From assembly GCA_964202905.1 (NCBI GenBank), contig CAXNJO010000013.1, positions 32,001 to 96,000 on the forward strand: a stretch of 64,000 nucleotides of DNA, given 5' to 3'. This DNA is from Polyangiales bacterium (GTDB lineage Bacteria > Myxococcota_A > Polyangia > Polyangiales > JADJQN01). Below the pieces are notes generated by a model. That model had not been told where the DNA came from and did not search any database. It saw only the letters and a list, made by a program, of their open reading frames with translations. Within the stretch, counting starts at the first letter, position 1. The number at the start of each line of letters is the position of its first letter. The translations under genes and the position numbers were made by a program. Shown piece after piece: positions 12,050-21,500 of this stretch.

Positions 12050-12985
12050 TCAAACGCGGAGCGAGCGTACACCCGCCTGATGCACCTTGCCCGGGAGCTC
12101 GCGCCCGACGACGGCGGCGGCGACGCGGCCGGCCTCCCAGAGCTTGTCGAGGTCGATGCCCGTCTCGACGCCCATCCCGTCGAGCATGAACACGAGGTCC
12201 TCGGTGGCGAGGTTGCCCGCGGCGCCGGGCGCGTACGGACAGCCGCCGAGCCCGCCGACCGACGCGTCGAGCGTGCGGATGCCGAGCTCGAGGCCCACGA
12301 GCGCGTTCGCGAGCGCGGTTCCGCGGGTGTCGTGCAGGTGCAGGGCGAGCTCGTCCCCGGGCAGCTCGGCGAGGAACATGCGCACGAGGTCGTGTGTCTG
12401 ACGCGGCGTGCCGACGCCGATCGTGTCGCCGAGCGAGATCTGGTAGCAGCCCTGCGCGCGCAGCTCCCGCGCGATCGCGAGCGCACGCCGCGCATCGACC
12501 GAGCCCTCGTACGGGCAGCCCCACACCGTCGAGACGTAGCCGCGCACGCGCAGCCCGGCGGCGACGGCGGGCGCGATGACGTCGCGGAATCCGTCGAGCG
12601 TCGCGGCGATCGTCTTGTTCACGTTCTTCAGGTTGTGCGTCTCGCTCGCCGAGACGAACACGCCGATCTCGCCGATCCCCGACGCGAGCGCGCGCTCGAG
12701 GCCCCGCGCGTTGGGGCAGAGCGCCGAGTAGACGATCCCCTCGCGCCGGGGCAGCAGCCGCGCGACCTCCTCGCCGTCGGCGAGCTGCGGGACCCAGCGT
12801 GCGGAGACGAAGCTCGTCACCTCGATCCGCGTGAGGCCCGCCGCGACGAGCGCCTCGATCAGGCGAAGTTTGCGCGTCGTCGGGACGGTGACGGCCTCGT
12901 TCTGCAGGCCGTCGCGCGGCGAGACCTCGTACACGGAGACGGAGCCGGGGACGGCGTCGAAGAGCGCGGTCATCGGGAGGGGCAT
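12050..12985 (-). CDS. hmgL: Hydroxymethylglutaryl-CoA lyase
   Basis: EVSPRDGLQNE, ISLGDTIGVGTP, LHLHDTRG and GGLGGCPYAPGAAGNLATED motifs. Confidence 0.95.
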   Translation of the reverse strand: MPLPMTALFDAVPGSVSVYEVSPRDGLQNEAVTVPTTRKLRLIEALVAAGLTRIEVTSFVSARWVPQLADGEEVARLLPRREGIVYSALCPNARGLERALASGIGEIGVFVSASETHNLKNVNKTIAATLDGFRDVIAPAVAAGLRVRGYVSTVWGCPYEGSVDARRALAIARELRAQGCYQISLGDTIGVGTPRQTHDLVRMFLAELPGDELALHLHDTRGTALANALVGLELGIRTLDASVGGLGGCPYAPGAAGNLATEDLVFMLDGMGVETGIDLDKLWEAGRVAAAVVGRELPGKVHQAGVRSLRV

Positions 12986-13037
12986 CGCACCGCGCCGGGG
13001 GCCGCGTCAAGCGCAGCGATCGCCCTGCACGGCGGCG

Positions 13038-15095
13038 CTACGGCGCGGCGTGCGCCAGCCCGGTGAGCGCATACGGGTCGACGATCTCCGCCGCGCCCGT
13101 CTCCCAGTGCGAGGAGAGGAAGCGCAGCCACGCAGCCGCGCCGACCTCGCTGTCGCCCACGTTGCTGTGCGTCGCAGGACGCACGGCCGTGCCCTCGCGC
13201 ACGACGTCGAACTGCAGCAGCCCGGCCGTCGTGCCGGGCGCGACGTTCGCGATCACGGGCGGCGGCGCGGTCGCCGCGAGCCCGATCTCGGCGCGGAGCG
13301 TCGGCGGCACCACGTCCACGCCGATGGCGCGCGCGAGCGCGTAGTTCGCGGTGTTCGGGACCGTGTCGTCGTCGAGCACGACCCCGACGAGCACGCTCGG
13401 GACGCGCATGCCGGCGGGCGCGAGGCGATCGCGGAGCAGGTGCGGGCCGTACGAGGCCGCGTCGCCGCGCTCGAGCACGGTCTGCAAAACCGGGAAGAAT
13501 CGGTCGACGTCGCCCGCGGTCGTGCTGCGCGGGCGCACGAGGTTGATGAGCGGGCGGAAGGTCTCGCTGTCGGCGATGATCGCCGAGACGCGCCCACCCG
13601 GGACCACGAGCACCACCGCGCCGTACGCGTCGGTGAGCGCCGCGAGCTCGCTCCCCATGATGCCGCCGAGCGACACACCGAGGTACGCGAGCCGCGTACC
13701 GTCGACGTCGTCGGTTCCGTCGCCGTCCACGTCGATCCCGGCCGCGAGCAGCCGCGTGAGCTGCAGCTTGTCCCAGGTCGACTGCCGGAAGTGGTCGCGC
13801 AGCTTGCGCCCGTCGATCGCGCGCGTCGCGCGGTCGCCGTCGAACGTGAAGAAGTTGAGCACGGTGTTGAGCGTGTCCGTGCGCGCCCCCGCGTTCGTCG
13901 GGTGCTCGCCATGACGCACCGCGTCGATGGCGACGGTCGCGATGCCGAGTGGCGCCGCGAACTCCGCGAGGCGCGCGCCCTGCTCGCGCCCGCCGCCGAG
14001 GCCGTGGCCGTAGAGCAGCGTGGGGAACGGGCCGGCCCCCGCGGGCGGCAGCCACACCGTGATCGGCACGCGGTACGTGGATTGCGGGGTCACGGCCGCG
14101 CCCCGCGCACGCGCCGGGACGTGCGCGTCGGCGTCGCGGTAGTCCCCGGCGACGAACGCCGCCTCGCACTGCCGCCAGCGGCCCGTCGTGTCGGGCGTGC
14201 AGACGGGCGCGCCGTCGAGCGCGAAGTCGCGCGTGAGCACGTCCGCGGCGACGGCAATGGACTCCTCGACGATGGACTGCGTCGGGTAGACGACGAGCGA
14301 CACGAGGTCGCGCGCCGACGCGATGAGGCCGAGCGACGTGAGCGCGGCGATCGCGCGGGCATCCTCCGGCGAGGGCGCCGCGAGCCGCGCGGCCATGCCT
14401 TCGGACGGCTCGAGGCAGCCGCCCGCGGCCGGTGTGAGCGCGCGCGTGACGAAGGCCGCGACCCACGTCGCCTCGGGGAGCGGGCGCTGGGGCGCGAACA
14501 TGAGCGTCGCGTCGCGGTCCGTGGTCCGCAGGAGCGCCGGCACGAAGCGCGGCGCCGGATCGAGCACGACGAAGCCGAGCCCCGCGTCGGGGGCGCTCGC
14601 CTCCGCGCCCGTCGGCAAGAGCGTGCGATCGAAGGCGCGACCGAAGCGGAAGAACGCCTCCGCGTTCACGCCGAAGCCGTCGAGGTCGGAGAGGTCCTCG
14701 GTGAAGACGCGCGCGTATCCGCCCGCTGTCGCGAGCAGCTCCGGCCACGTGTCCGCCTCGACGCGCAGGCGCTTGCCCGTCGCGGTGCCCGGGTCATCGA
14801 CGAGCATGCGCGGCTCGGGCCACGCGTCCACGTCGCGCCGTGTCGGGTCGTAGAGGCCCACCGTGCATGCGGGTCCACCATCGAGGCCACCATCTTTGGG
14901 GATGGCACCCGTTGCATCGTCGTCACCGCATGCGGCGAGAGCGAGCGCGAAGACTGCGACACCAGCGACCCGCGAGGGCACGAGGCATGAGGGCACGAGG
15001 CGTGAGGGCACGAGGCGTGAGGGCACGAGGCGTGAGGGCACGAGGCGTGAGGGCACGAGGCGCGCAGGCTTGGAGCGGGAGGTGTCGGAGCGCAT
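13038..15095 (-). CDS. Lipoprotein alpha/beta hydrolase (lipase-like) with N-terminal Ig-like region
   Basis: Lipobox LAAC-GDDD; YGHGLGG; nucleophile elbow YLGVSLGGIMG; DDDTVPN and C-terminal His (ATHS). Start taken at ATG 15095. Confidence 0.8.
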   Translation of the reverse strand: MRSDTSRSKPARLVPSRLVPSRLVPSRLVPSRLVPSCLVPSRVAGVAVFALALAACGDDDATGAIPKDGGLDGGPACTVGLYDPTRRDVDAWPEPRMLVDDPGTATGKRLRVEADTWPELLATAGGYARVFTEDLSDLDGFGVNAEAFFRFGRAFDRTLLPTGAEASAPDAGLGFVVLDPAPRFVPALLRTTDRDATLMFAPQRPLPEATWVAAFVTRALTPAAGGCLEPSEGMAARLAAPSPEDARAIAALTSLGLIASARDLVSLVVYPTQSIVEESIAVAADVLTRDFALDGAPVCTPDTTGRWRQCEAAFVAGDYRDADAHVPARARGAAVTPQSTYRVPITVWLPPAGAGPFPTLLYGHGLGGGREQGARLAEFAAPLGIATVAIDAVRHGEHPTNAGARTDTLNTVLNFFTFDGDRATRAIDGRKLRDHFRQSTWDKLQLTRLLAAGIDVDGDGTDDVDGTRLAYLGVSLGGIMGSELAALTDAYGAVVLVVPGGRVSAIIADSETFRPLINLVRPRSTTAGDVDRFFPVLQTVLERGDAASYGPHLLRDRLAPAGMRVPSVLVGVVLDDDTVPNTANYALARAIGVDVVPPTLRAEIGLAATAPPPVIANVAPGTTAGLLQFDVVREGTAVRPATHSNVGDSEVGAAAWLRFLSSHWETGAAEIVDPYALTGLAHAAP
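14974..15063. repeat. Tandem repeat, 6 x 15 bp (GAGGGCACGAGGCGT), encoding (RLVPS)x6 in the signal-peptide n-region
   Basis: Six consecutive units are directly visible; only the first and last carry a single substitution each. Confidence 0.95.
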
Positions 15096-15197
15096 GGTCG
15101 ACGAGTGCAACAAACCACGGCGTCCGCCGCAAGCCCCGCGGCGTCGATGCGGCGTCGGGACGGTGACACGCCGAAGAGTGTGGTCTTCTGAGGCGCG

Positions 15198-16391
15198 TCA
15201 GGCCCCGTCGTCGTCGCGCGCGAGCTCGGAGAGCCCCGGGCGGCACGCATAACGGCGCACGAACACGTCGCGCCCGATCGGCTCGGCGACGAGCACGGCC
15301 TCGCCCGTCCAGACGGCGCGCGCCCCCGCGCGGGCCAGCCCCGCGGGCAGGAGCGCCTCGACGCGGCTCTGCGGCGCCGCGAGCGGGAGCGCGATGCGCA
15401 CGCCGTCCCCGCTCGCGACGAGCTGCGGCCGACCGCCCTCGCACGCCGTCGTGAGCGCGGCGCGCGTCGCGGTCTGCATCGCGCGCCCGTCCGACCCGAG
15501 CCGCGCGACGTGCAGGCCCTCCGCGCAGCGACTGACGGCGGCCGCGCCCTCGGGCAGCGCGACGAGGCCGACCGGCGCGCATCCGGCAGGCCCGTCGTGC
15601 ACGGCCGCGTACGAGGGCTGCTCGCGGATCGCGAAGACGTGTCCGCGCGCACCGTCGAGGGCGCTGCACACGCCGTTGAACCAGACGCCGCCGCTCCAGA
15701 CCGAGCCCGGCAGAAGCGGCTCGCACGGCACCTTCACCTCGTTGCCCTCCGTCCCGCGCGAGGCGGCCTCGGGTCGGCCGAGGCGCTGGTGGCGGTAGCG
15801 CGCGCACGTGCCCGACTGCGCCTCGCACGGGCCCTCGTCGCGACGGTGACTCAGCGTGAGCACGCCGTCCTCGCCGGCAGAGAGCGCGAGCCGACCACGC
15901 GCCCCGCGCGGCAGCACGACGCTCTGCCCGAGCGCGCCCGGCGGTGCGAACACCTGCGCGTCGGCCCCGGCATGCGAGGCGAACACCTCGGTGCGCGTGG
16001 GCGTGTCGTGCGCGACCCACGCGACGCCGAGCTTCCCGGCCGACGACGCGGCGACGACCTCCGCGACCCGCAGCGCCGCGGCCGGCGCGTCACGCGGGAC
16101 GATCTGCACCTCCGGCCCGCGCGCGGCGCCACGCGGATCGAGCGCGAGCGCCCGCAGCCCGCCGCCCTCGTCCTCGGGTGCCGCGAAGACGAGCACCGCG
16201 CCGTCCCCCGTCGCGACGAGGTCGAACGACGCGGGCGTCTCGACGTGACGCGGGGCCGTGATCGGCCCGAACGTGCGGCGCGCGGCGGCTGGCGGCTGGG
16301 AGGGGGGAGGCTCCTCGCGGCGACCGCCACACGCCGCGAGCGCGACGAGAAGCACCGTGGCGAACCGGGAGCGGACGGGCAGCGCGGGCAT
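15198..16391 (-). CDS. Hypothetical lipoprotein (Cys-containing, beta-rich)
   Basis: This is the C-terminal part of ORF 15198..17405. Start MPALPVRSRFATVLLVALAAC (lipobox) at ATG 16391; the upstream extension overlaps malQ in antisense and is spurious. Confidence 0.75.
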   Translation of the reverse strand: MPALPVRSRFATVLLVALAACGGRREEPPPSQPPAAARRTFGPITAPRHVETPASFDLVATGDGAVLVFAAPEDEGGGLRALALDPRGAARGPEVQIVPRDAPAAALRVAEVVAASSAGKLGVAWVAHDTPTRTEVFASHAGADAQVFAPPGALGQSVVLPRGARGRLALSAGEDGVLTLSHRRDEGPCEAQSGTCARYRHQRLGRPEAASRGTEGNEVKVPCEPLLPGSVWSGGVWFNGVCSALDGARGHVFAIREQPSYAAVHDGPAGCAPVGLVALPEGAAAVSRCAEGLHVARLGSDGRAMQTATRAALTTACEGGRPQLVASGDGVRIALPLAAPQSRVEALLPAGLARAGARAVWTGEAVLVAEPIGRDVFVRRYACRPGLSELARDDDGA

Positions 16392-16399
16392 GGGCGGCG

Positions 16400-16450
16400 A
16401 GCATAACCGAGCGCGCGGGCGCCCCGCGCCGATCGCCGTTTTGCTACGGT
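16400..16450. promoter_or_regulatory. Back-to-back putative -10 elements for divergent leaderless-type transcripts
   Basis: Minus strand: TATGCT (16405-16400), 8 nt before ATG 16391. Plus strand: TGC-TACGGT (16445-16450), 7 nt before GTG 16458. Neither start has an SD motif. Confidence 0.5.
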
Positions 16451-16457
16451 GTGCACC

Positions 16458-18005
16458 GTGTCCCACCGCGCGCATCACGCTCTCCCGCTCCCGACGCTCG
16501 ACGAGCGCGCGAGCGGCATCCTCCTGCACTTCACGTCCCTCCCCGGCCCCCACGGATCGGGCGACCTCGGCCCGCAAGCCCATGGATTCGCTGAACTTTT
16601 GAGCGCATCCGGTCAGAGCTGGTGGCAGGCGCTGCCGATCAACCCGCCCGGGGGCGGCGCGTCGCCCTACCAGACGCTCAGCGTCTTCGCGGGCAGCCCC
16701 GCGCTCGTCGCGCTCGAGCCGCTCGCCGCGCGTGGCTGGCTCGACGCGCACACCCTCGCGCACGCGGCGCCGCGCGGAGACGCCGCCCGCGTCGACTGGG
16801 ACGCGACGCTCGCCTTCCGCGAAGCGCGGCTCCGCGAGGCGCACCGCGCCTTCGAGTCCACGGCGACCCACGAGGAGCGCGCCGACCTCGCGATGTTCAC
16901 CGCGCGCGAAGCGGAGTGGCTCGAGGACTACGCGCTCTTCGTCGCGCTCAAGGCCGCGCACGGCGGGGTCGCGTGGTTCGACTTCCCCGCGCCGCTCCGG
17001 CGCCGCGAGCCGCACGCGCTCACCGCCGCGCGCCACACCCACGCGCGGGAGCTCGCGTACCAGCGCTTCGTGCAGTGGTGCTTCGACACGCAGTGGCGCG
17101 CCCTGCGCGCGCGCTGCGCCGCGCTCGGCGTCGGACTGCTCGGCGACGTGCCGATCTTCGTCGCGGACGACAGCGCCGACGTCTGGGCCCACCAGCCGCT
17201 CTTCTTCCTCGGCGAAGACGGGCGTCCCACCGTCGTCGCGGGCGTGCCGCCCGACTACTTCAGCGAGACGGGGCAGCGCTGGGGCAACGCGCTCTACCGC
17301 TGGGACGTGCTCGCGGCGCGCGGCTACGACTGGTGGATCGCGCGGCTGCGCGACGCGCTCCGGCGCTTCGACGCGGTGCGGCTCGACCACTTCATCGGCT
17401 TCCACCGCTACTGGGAGGTGCCCGCCGCAGAGCCCGACGCCCGCAACGGCCGCTTCCGGCCCGGCCCCGGCCGCGCCCTCTTCGACGCCGCCACGCGCGC
17501 GCTCGGGCCGCTGCCGCTCATCGCCGAAGACCTCGGCGTGCTCACGGACGAGGTGAAGAAGCTGCGCGACGATCTCGCGCTGCCCGGGATGCGCGTGCTC
17601 CAGTTCGCCTTCGGCGTCGACGCGGGCTCACGCGAGTACCGGCCGCACGCCTGGCCGCGGCGCTCGGTCGCGTACACGGGTACGCACGACAACGACACCA
17701 CGCTCGGCTGGCTGCACGACCCGCAGGGCGACGCCGCCGCGCGCGCGCTCGCGCTCCGCTACCTCGCGAGCGATGGCCGCGCCGTGAACTGGGACATGAT
17801 CCGAATGGCGTTGCTCTCCCCCGCGGACCTCGCGATCGTGCCGATGCAGGACTTGCTCGGTCTCGGCAGCGAGGCGCGCATGAACACGCCCGGCACCGTC
17901 ACCGGCAACTGGGCGTGGCGCATGCGCGTGAGCGACGTGGGCGGCGACGTCGTCGACCGGCTGCGCGGGCTCGTCGAGACCTACGACCGCCTCCCGCCGC
18001 GCTGA
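16458..18005 (+). CDS. malQ: 4-alpha-glucanotransferase (amylomaltase, GH77)
   Basis: SGILLHFTSLPG, WQALPINP, GDVPIFV, GVPPDYFSETGQRWGN, RLDHFIGF, IAEDLG and YTGTHDNDT motifs. Confidence 0.96.
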   Translation: MSHRAHHALPLPTLDERASGILLHFTSLPGPHGSGDLGPQAHGFAELLSASGQSWWQALPINPPGGGASPYQTLSVFAGSPALVALEPLAARGWLDAHTLAHAAPRGDAARVDWDATLAFREARLREAHRAFESTATHEERADLAMFTAREAEWLEDYALFVALKAAHGGVAWFDFPAPLRRREPHALTAARHTHARELAYQRFVQWCFDTQWRALRARCAALGVGLLGDVPIFVADDSADVWAHQPLFFLGEDGRPTVVAGVPPDYFSETGQRWGNALYRWDVLAARGYDWWIARLRDALRRFDAVRLDHFIGFHRYWEVPAAEPDARNGRFRPGPGRALFDAATRALGPLPLIAEDLGVLTDEVKKLRDDLALPGMRVLQFAFGVDAGSREYRPHAWPRRSVAYTGTHDNDTTLGWLHDPQGDAAARALALRYLASDGRAVNWDMIRMALLSPADLAIVPMQDLLGLGSEARMNTPGTVTGNWAWRMRVSDVGGDVVDRLRGLVETYDRLPPR

Positions 18006-18029
18006 CCCGGGCTGCTAGGATCGGCGCCC

Positions 18030-19358
18030 ATGTCCGCGCCCCCTGCCGCCCTGCCCCGCCCGCACGACGACGCCGCCGACGACCTGCTCGCGTACGTCGA
18101 CGCCTCGCCCACCGCCTACCACGCCTGCGCCGAGTCCGTGCGCCGCCTCGCGGCCGCGGGCTTCCGCGCGCTCGACGAGCGCGAGCCGTGGAGCCTCGCG
18201 CCGGGGGACAAGGTCTACCTCACGCGTGGCGACTCGAGCGTGCTCGCCTTCGTGATCGGCGCCGTCCCGCCCGATCGCGCAGGCTTCCACCTCGTCGGCG
18301 CGCACACCGACTCGCCGAACCTCCGCCTCAAGCCGCGCCCCGAGGTCACCCGCCACGGCCTGCACACGCTCGGCGTCGAGCCGTACGGCGGCGTGCTCTT
18401 TCACACCTGGCTCGACCGCGATCTCTCGATCGCCGGCCGCGTGCTCGTGCAGCGAGAAGGCCGCATCGTGCCGCGACTCGTGCGCTTCGAGCGGCCGCTC
18501 GCGCGCATCCCGAGCCTCGCTATCCACCTGAACCGCACCGTCAACCAAGATGGTCTGATCCTGAACGCGCAGCAGCACCTGCCTCCGCTCGTCGGCCTCG
18601 AGGCGCTCGGACCACTCGACCTGCGCGAGCTCCTCGCGGCGCGCCTGTCGGAGACGGGCGACGCGGCATCGGCCGCGGACATCCTCGGCTTCGACCTCGC
18701 GCTGCACGACGTCGTGCCCTCCACGCGCTCGGGGCTCCGCGGCGAGCTCCTCCACGCGCCGCGCCTCGACAACCTCGCGAGCTGCCACGGCGCGCTCTCG
18801 GCCTTCCTCGCCGTCGACGGCCCGCGCGACGCGACCCGCGGCGTCGTGCTCTACGACCACGAAGAGTGCGGCAGCCGCAGCGCGCAGGGCGCCGACTCGC
18901 CGCTGCTCCGCACCACGCTCGAGCGCATCGTCCTCGCCGGCGAGCACCAGGCCGACTCGCTCCACCGCGCGCTCGCGCGCAGCTTCTTCATCTCCGCGGA
19001 CATGGCGCACGCCGTGCACCCCAACTACGCCGACAAGCACGAGCCCGCGCACATGCCGCACCTCGGCCGCGGCCCCGTCATCAAGAGCAACGCGAGCCAG
19101 AGCTACGCGACCGACGGCGAGAGTTGGGCGACGTTCACCGCGCTCTGCCGCCGCGCCGACGTCGTCCCGCAGCACTTCGTGACGCGCTCGGACATCGGCT
19201 GCGGCTCGACCATCGGGCCGATCACCGCGGCGCTCCTCGGCGTGCGCACGGTCGACGTCGGCAGCCCGATGTTGTCGATGCACAGCGCGCGCGAACTCTG
19301 CGCCGCGAGCGACGTCGGCCGCATGATCGCGGTGCTCCGCGCGTTCTTCGCGTCCTGA
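18030..19358 (+). CDS. apeB: M18 family (aspartyl) aminopeptidase
   Basis: SPTAYHA, GAHTDSP, RLDNLASC, DHEECGS, SADMAHAVHPNY, CGSTIGP and LSMHSARE motifs. Confidence 0.93.
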   Translation: MSAPPAALPRPHDDAADDLLAYVDASPTAYHACAESVRRLAAAGFRALDEREPWSLAPGDKVYLTRGDSSVLAFVIGAVPPDRAGFHLVGAHTDSPNLRLKPRPEVTRHGLHTLGVEPYGGVLFHTWLDRDLSIAGRVLVQREGRIVPRLVRFERPLARIPSLAIHLNRTVNQDGLILNAQQHLPPLVGLEALGPLDLRELLAARLSETGDAASAADILGFDLALHDVVPSTRSGLRGELLHAPRLDNLASCHGALSAFLAVDGPRDATRGVVLYDHEECGSRSAQGADSPLLRTTLERIVLAGEHQADSLHRALARSFFISADMAHAVHPNYADKHEPAHMPHLGRGPVIKSNASQSYATDGESWATFTALCRRADVVPQHFVTRSDIGCGSTIGPITAALLGVRTVDVGSPMLSMHSARELCAASDVGRMIAVLRAFFAS

Positions 19359-19379
19359 CCCCGACGAGCGCGCGCGGGC

Positions 19380-21356
19380 TCAGCCGCAGCGGCCGAAGCG
19401 GCAGCGCTGGCCGCGGCCGCACACGTTCCCGCAGCCGCCGCAGTTGAAGCGGTCGCGGCGGATGTTCGTGCACGTCCCGCCGCAGTCGACGGCGGGCGCG
19501 CTGCACGCGCAGGAGCCGCCGATGCACGAGAACGTCGCGGCGCAGGCATTGCCGCACGCGCCGCAGTTGAGCGGGCTCGCGGTGATGTCGACGCACACGG
19601 TCCCGCAGACGAGCAGCGAGCCCGGGCACGCGCAGCGCCCGCCCGTGCAGGGCACGCCGCTCGGGCACGCGACGCCGCAGCCGCCGCAGTTCGCAGGGTC
19701 GGTCTGCGTCGCGACGCACTCCGCGCCGCAGAGCGTGCGGTCGACCGGGCACATCGTGCTCGCGCAGCTCCCGGCCTCGCACGTCTCGCCCGCGGCGCAC
19801 GCGACGCCGCACGCGCCGCAGTTCGTGGGATCGCTCGTCGTGTCCACGCAGTCGATGCCGCACGTGGTCGTCCCCGCGGGGCACGGCGTGGCGCACACGC
19901 CCGCCTCGCAGCGCGTGCCGAGCGGGCACGTCGCGCCGCACGCACCGCAGTTCAACGAGTCGGTCGCGAGGTCGACGCAGCCCGCGCTGCCGCACTCGGT
20001 CGTCGGCGGCGCGCACACGACGCGGCACGCGCCGCCCTCGCACGTCTCGCCCGCCCCGCACGCGACACCGCACGCGCCGCAGTTCCGCGCGTCGGAGCCC
20101 GTATCGACGCACACGCCGTCGCACGACGTGAGCGGCGCCATGCAGCGCGTGTCGACGCAGCGGCCGCTCGCGCAGGTCTCACCGGCCGCGCACGCGTTGC
20201 CGCATGCGCCGCAGTTCACCGGGTCGCTGCCGAGGTCGCGGCAGCCCGCGCCGCAGAGCACCGTCGGCGCGGCGCACGGCGGGAAGCACGTGCCGAAGCC
20301 GCACAACTCACCGGCCGCGCAGCGATTCCCGCAGCCGCCGCAATTCAGCGGATCCACGCGAAAATCCGTGCATCCGCCGCCGCACGCGACGAGCGGCGCG
20401 GTGCACGCGCCGACGCACGAGCGGAACTGGCAGAGTTCTCCAGCCGCGCACGTGTCGCCGCAGCCGCCGCAGTTCGCCGGGTCCGTGGTGACGTTCGCGC
20501 ACGTCCCGCCACAGCGCTCGGTCGGGAAGGGGCACGTCACGGTGCACGTCCCGAGCGCGCACGCCGCGCCCGCCGGGCACGCGGCGCCGCACGCGCCGCA
20601 GTTCGCGGGATCGCTCGCGGTGTCCACACACGCGCCGCCGCAGTCGATGCGCGGCGCGGCGCATTCGGTCGCGCAGAAGCCGCCCGAGCAGAGCTCTCCC
20701 GCCGCGCAGGCGTTCCCGCAGGCGCCGCAGTTCGCCGGGTCGCTGAGCGCATCGACGCACGCCCCGGCACAGTCGACGAGCGGCGCCACGCAGACCGCCG
20801 CGCACGCGCCGCCGCTGCACACCGCGCCGTCCACGCACGCGATCCCGCACCCGCCGCAGTTCGCGGGATCGGTGCGCGCATCCACGCAGCCCACCCCGTC
20901 GCAGAAGGACTCGCCGGGCGTGCACACGGGCGTGCACACGCCGCCCATGCACGCGCTGTCCGCCGCGCAGATCACGCCGCAAGCCCCGCAATTCAAGGCG
21001 TCGGACGCCGTGTCGACACAGCCGCCCGCGCAGGCGAGCGTCCCGGGCGGGCACGTCTCCACGCACGCGCCGTCCGCGCAGACCGTGCCCACGCACACGC
21101 TGTCACATGCGCCGCAATGCTGCGGATCCGTCGCGGGATCCACGCACACGTCGCCGCAGGCGATGCGAGGCGCCGGACACACGATCGGGCCCCCGTCGAC
21201 CCCGAGATCGTCCCCGCCATCGAGACCGCCGTCCCCGCCGAGATCGCGGCGCGGCGCGCTCCCGTCGGCGAAGAGATCGGGCACCGTCCGGCCGCAGCCG
21301 ACGGCGAGCATCCAGCACGAGACGAAGAGCGAAGCCAGGGCGAAGCGGGCGCGCAT
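19380..21356 (-). CDS. Cys-rich repeat lipoprotein (14 myxobacterial DPxNCGxCG repeats)
   Basis: RBS GGAGG before ATG 21356; lipobox LAVGC; 14 repeats of ~43 aa, typically with 8 Cys each and a D-x-x-N-C-G-(A/G)-C-G core. Confidence 0.88.
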   Translation of the reverse strand: MRARFALASLFVSCWMLAVGCGRTVPDLFADGSAPRRDLGGDGGLDGGDDLGVDGGPIVCPAPRIACGDVCVDPATDPQHCGACDSVCVGTVCADGACVETCPPGTLACAGGCVDTASDALNCGACGVICAADSACMGGVCTPVCTPGESFCDGVGCVDARTDPANCGGCGIACVDGAVCSGGACAAVCVAPLVDCAGACVDALSDPANCGACGNACAAGELCSGGFCATECAAPRIDCGGACVDTASDPANCGACGAACPAGAACALGTCTVTCPFPTERCGGTCANVTTDPANCGGCGDTCAAGELCQFRSCVGACTAPLVACGGGCTDFRVDPLNCGGCGNRCAAGELCGFGTCFPPCAAPTVLCGAGCRDLGSDPVNCGACGNACAAGETCASGRCVDTRCMAPLTSCDGVCVDTGSDARNCGACGVACGAGETCEGGACRVVCAPPTTECGSAGCVDLATDSLNCGACGATCPLGTRCEAGVCATPCPAGTTTCGIDCVDTTSDPTNCGACGVACAAGETCEAGSCASTMCPVDRTLCGAECVATQTDPANCGGCGVACPSGVPCTGGRCACPGSLLVCGTVCVDITASPLNCGACGNACAATFSCIGGSCACSAPAVDCGGTCTNIRRDRFNCGGCGNVCGRGQRCRFGRCG

Positions 21357-21500
21357 CGGGACCTCCGAAGGGCGGAGCATGACGGGGGCGAGCGCGCGTT
21401 GCGCGCCGCAAGTGGGAGTCATCGTGTCCCGCGCGCGGGACTGCGTCGAGGGCGCGCCGCGCGGGCGCGACGCCTCGAACGGCCCCGCGCGACCGACGCG

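Noticed and set aside
14974..15063. 15-bp repeats (and those at 53374-53598) as a CRISPR array
   Set aside because: They are contiguous tandem units without spacers, lie in frame within coding sequence, and no cas genes are present.
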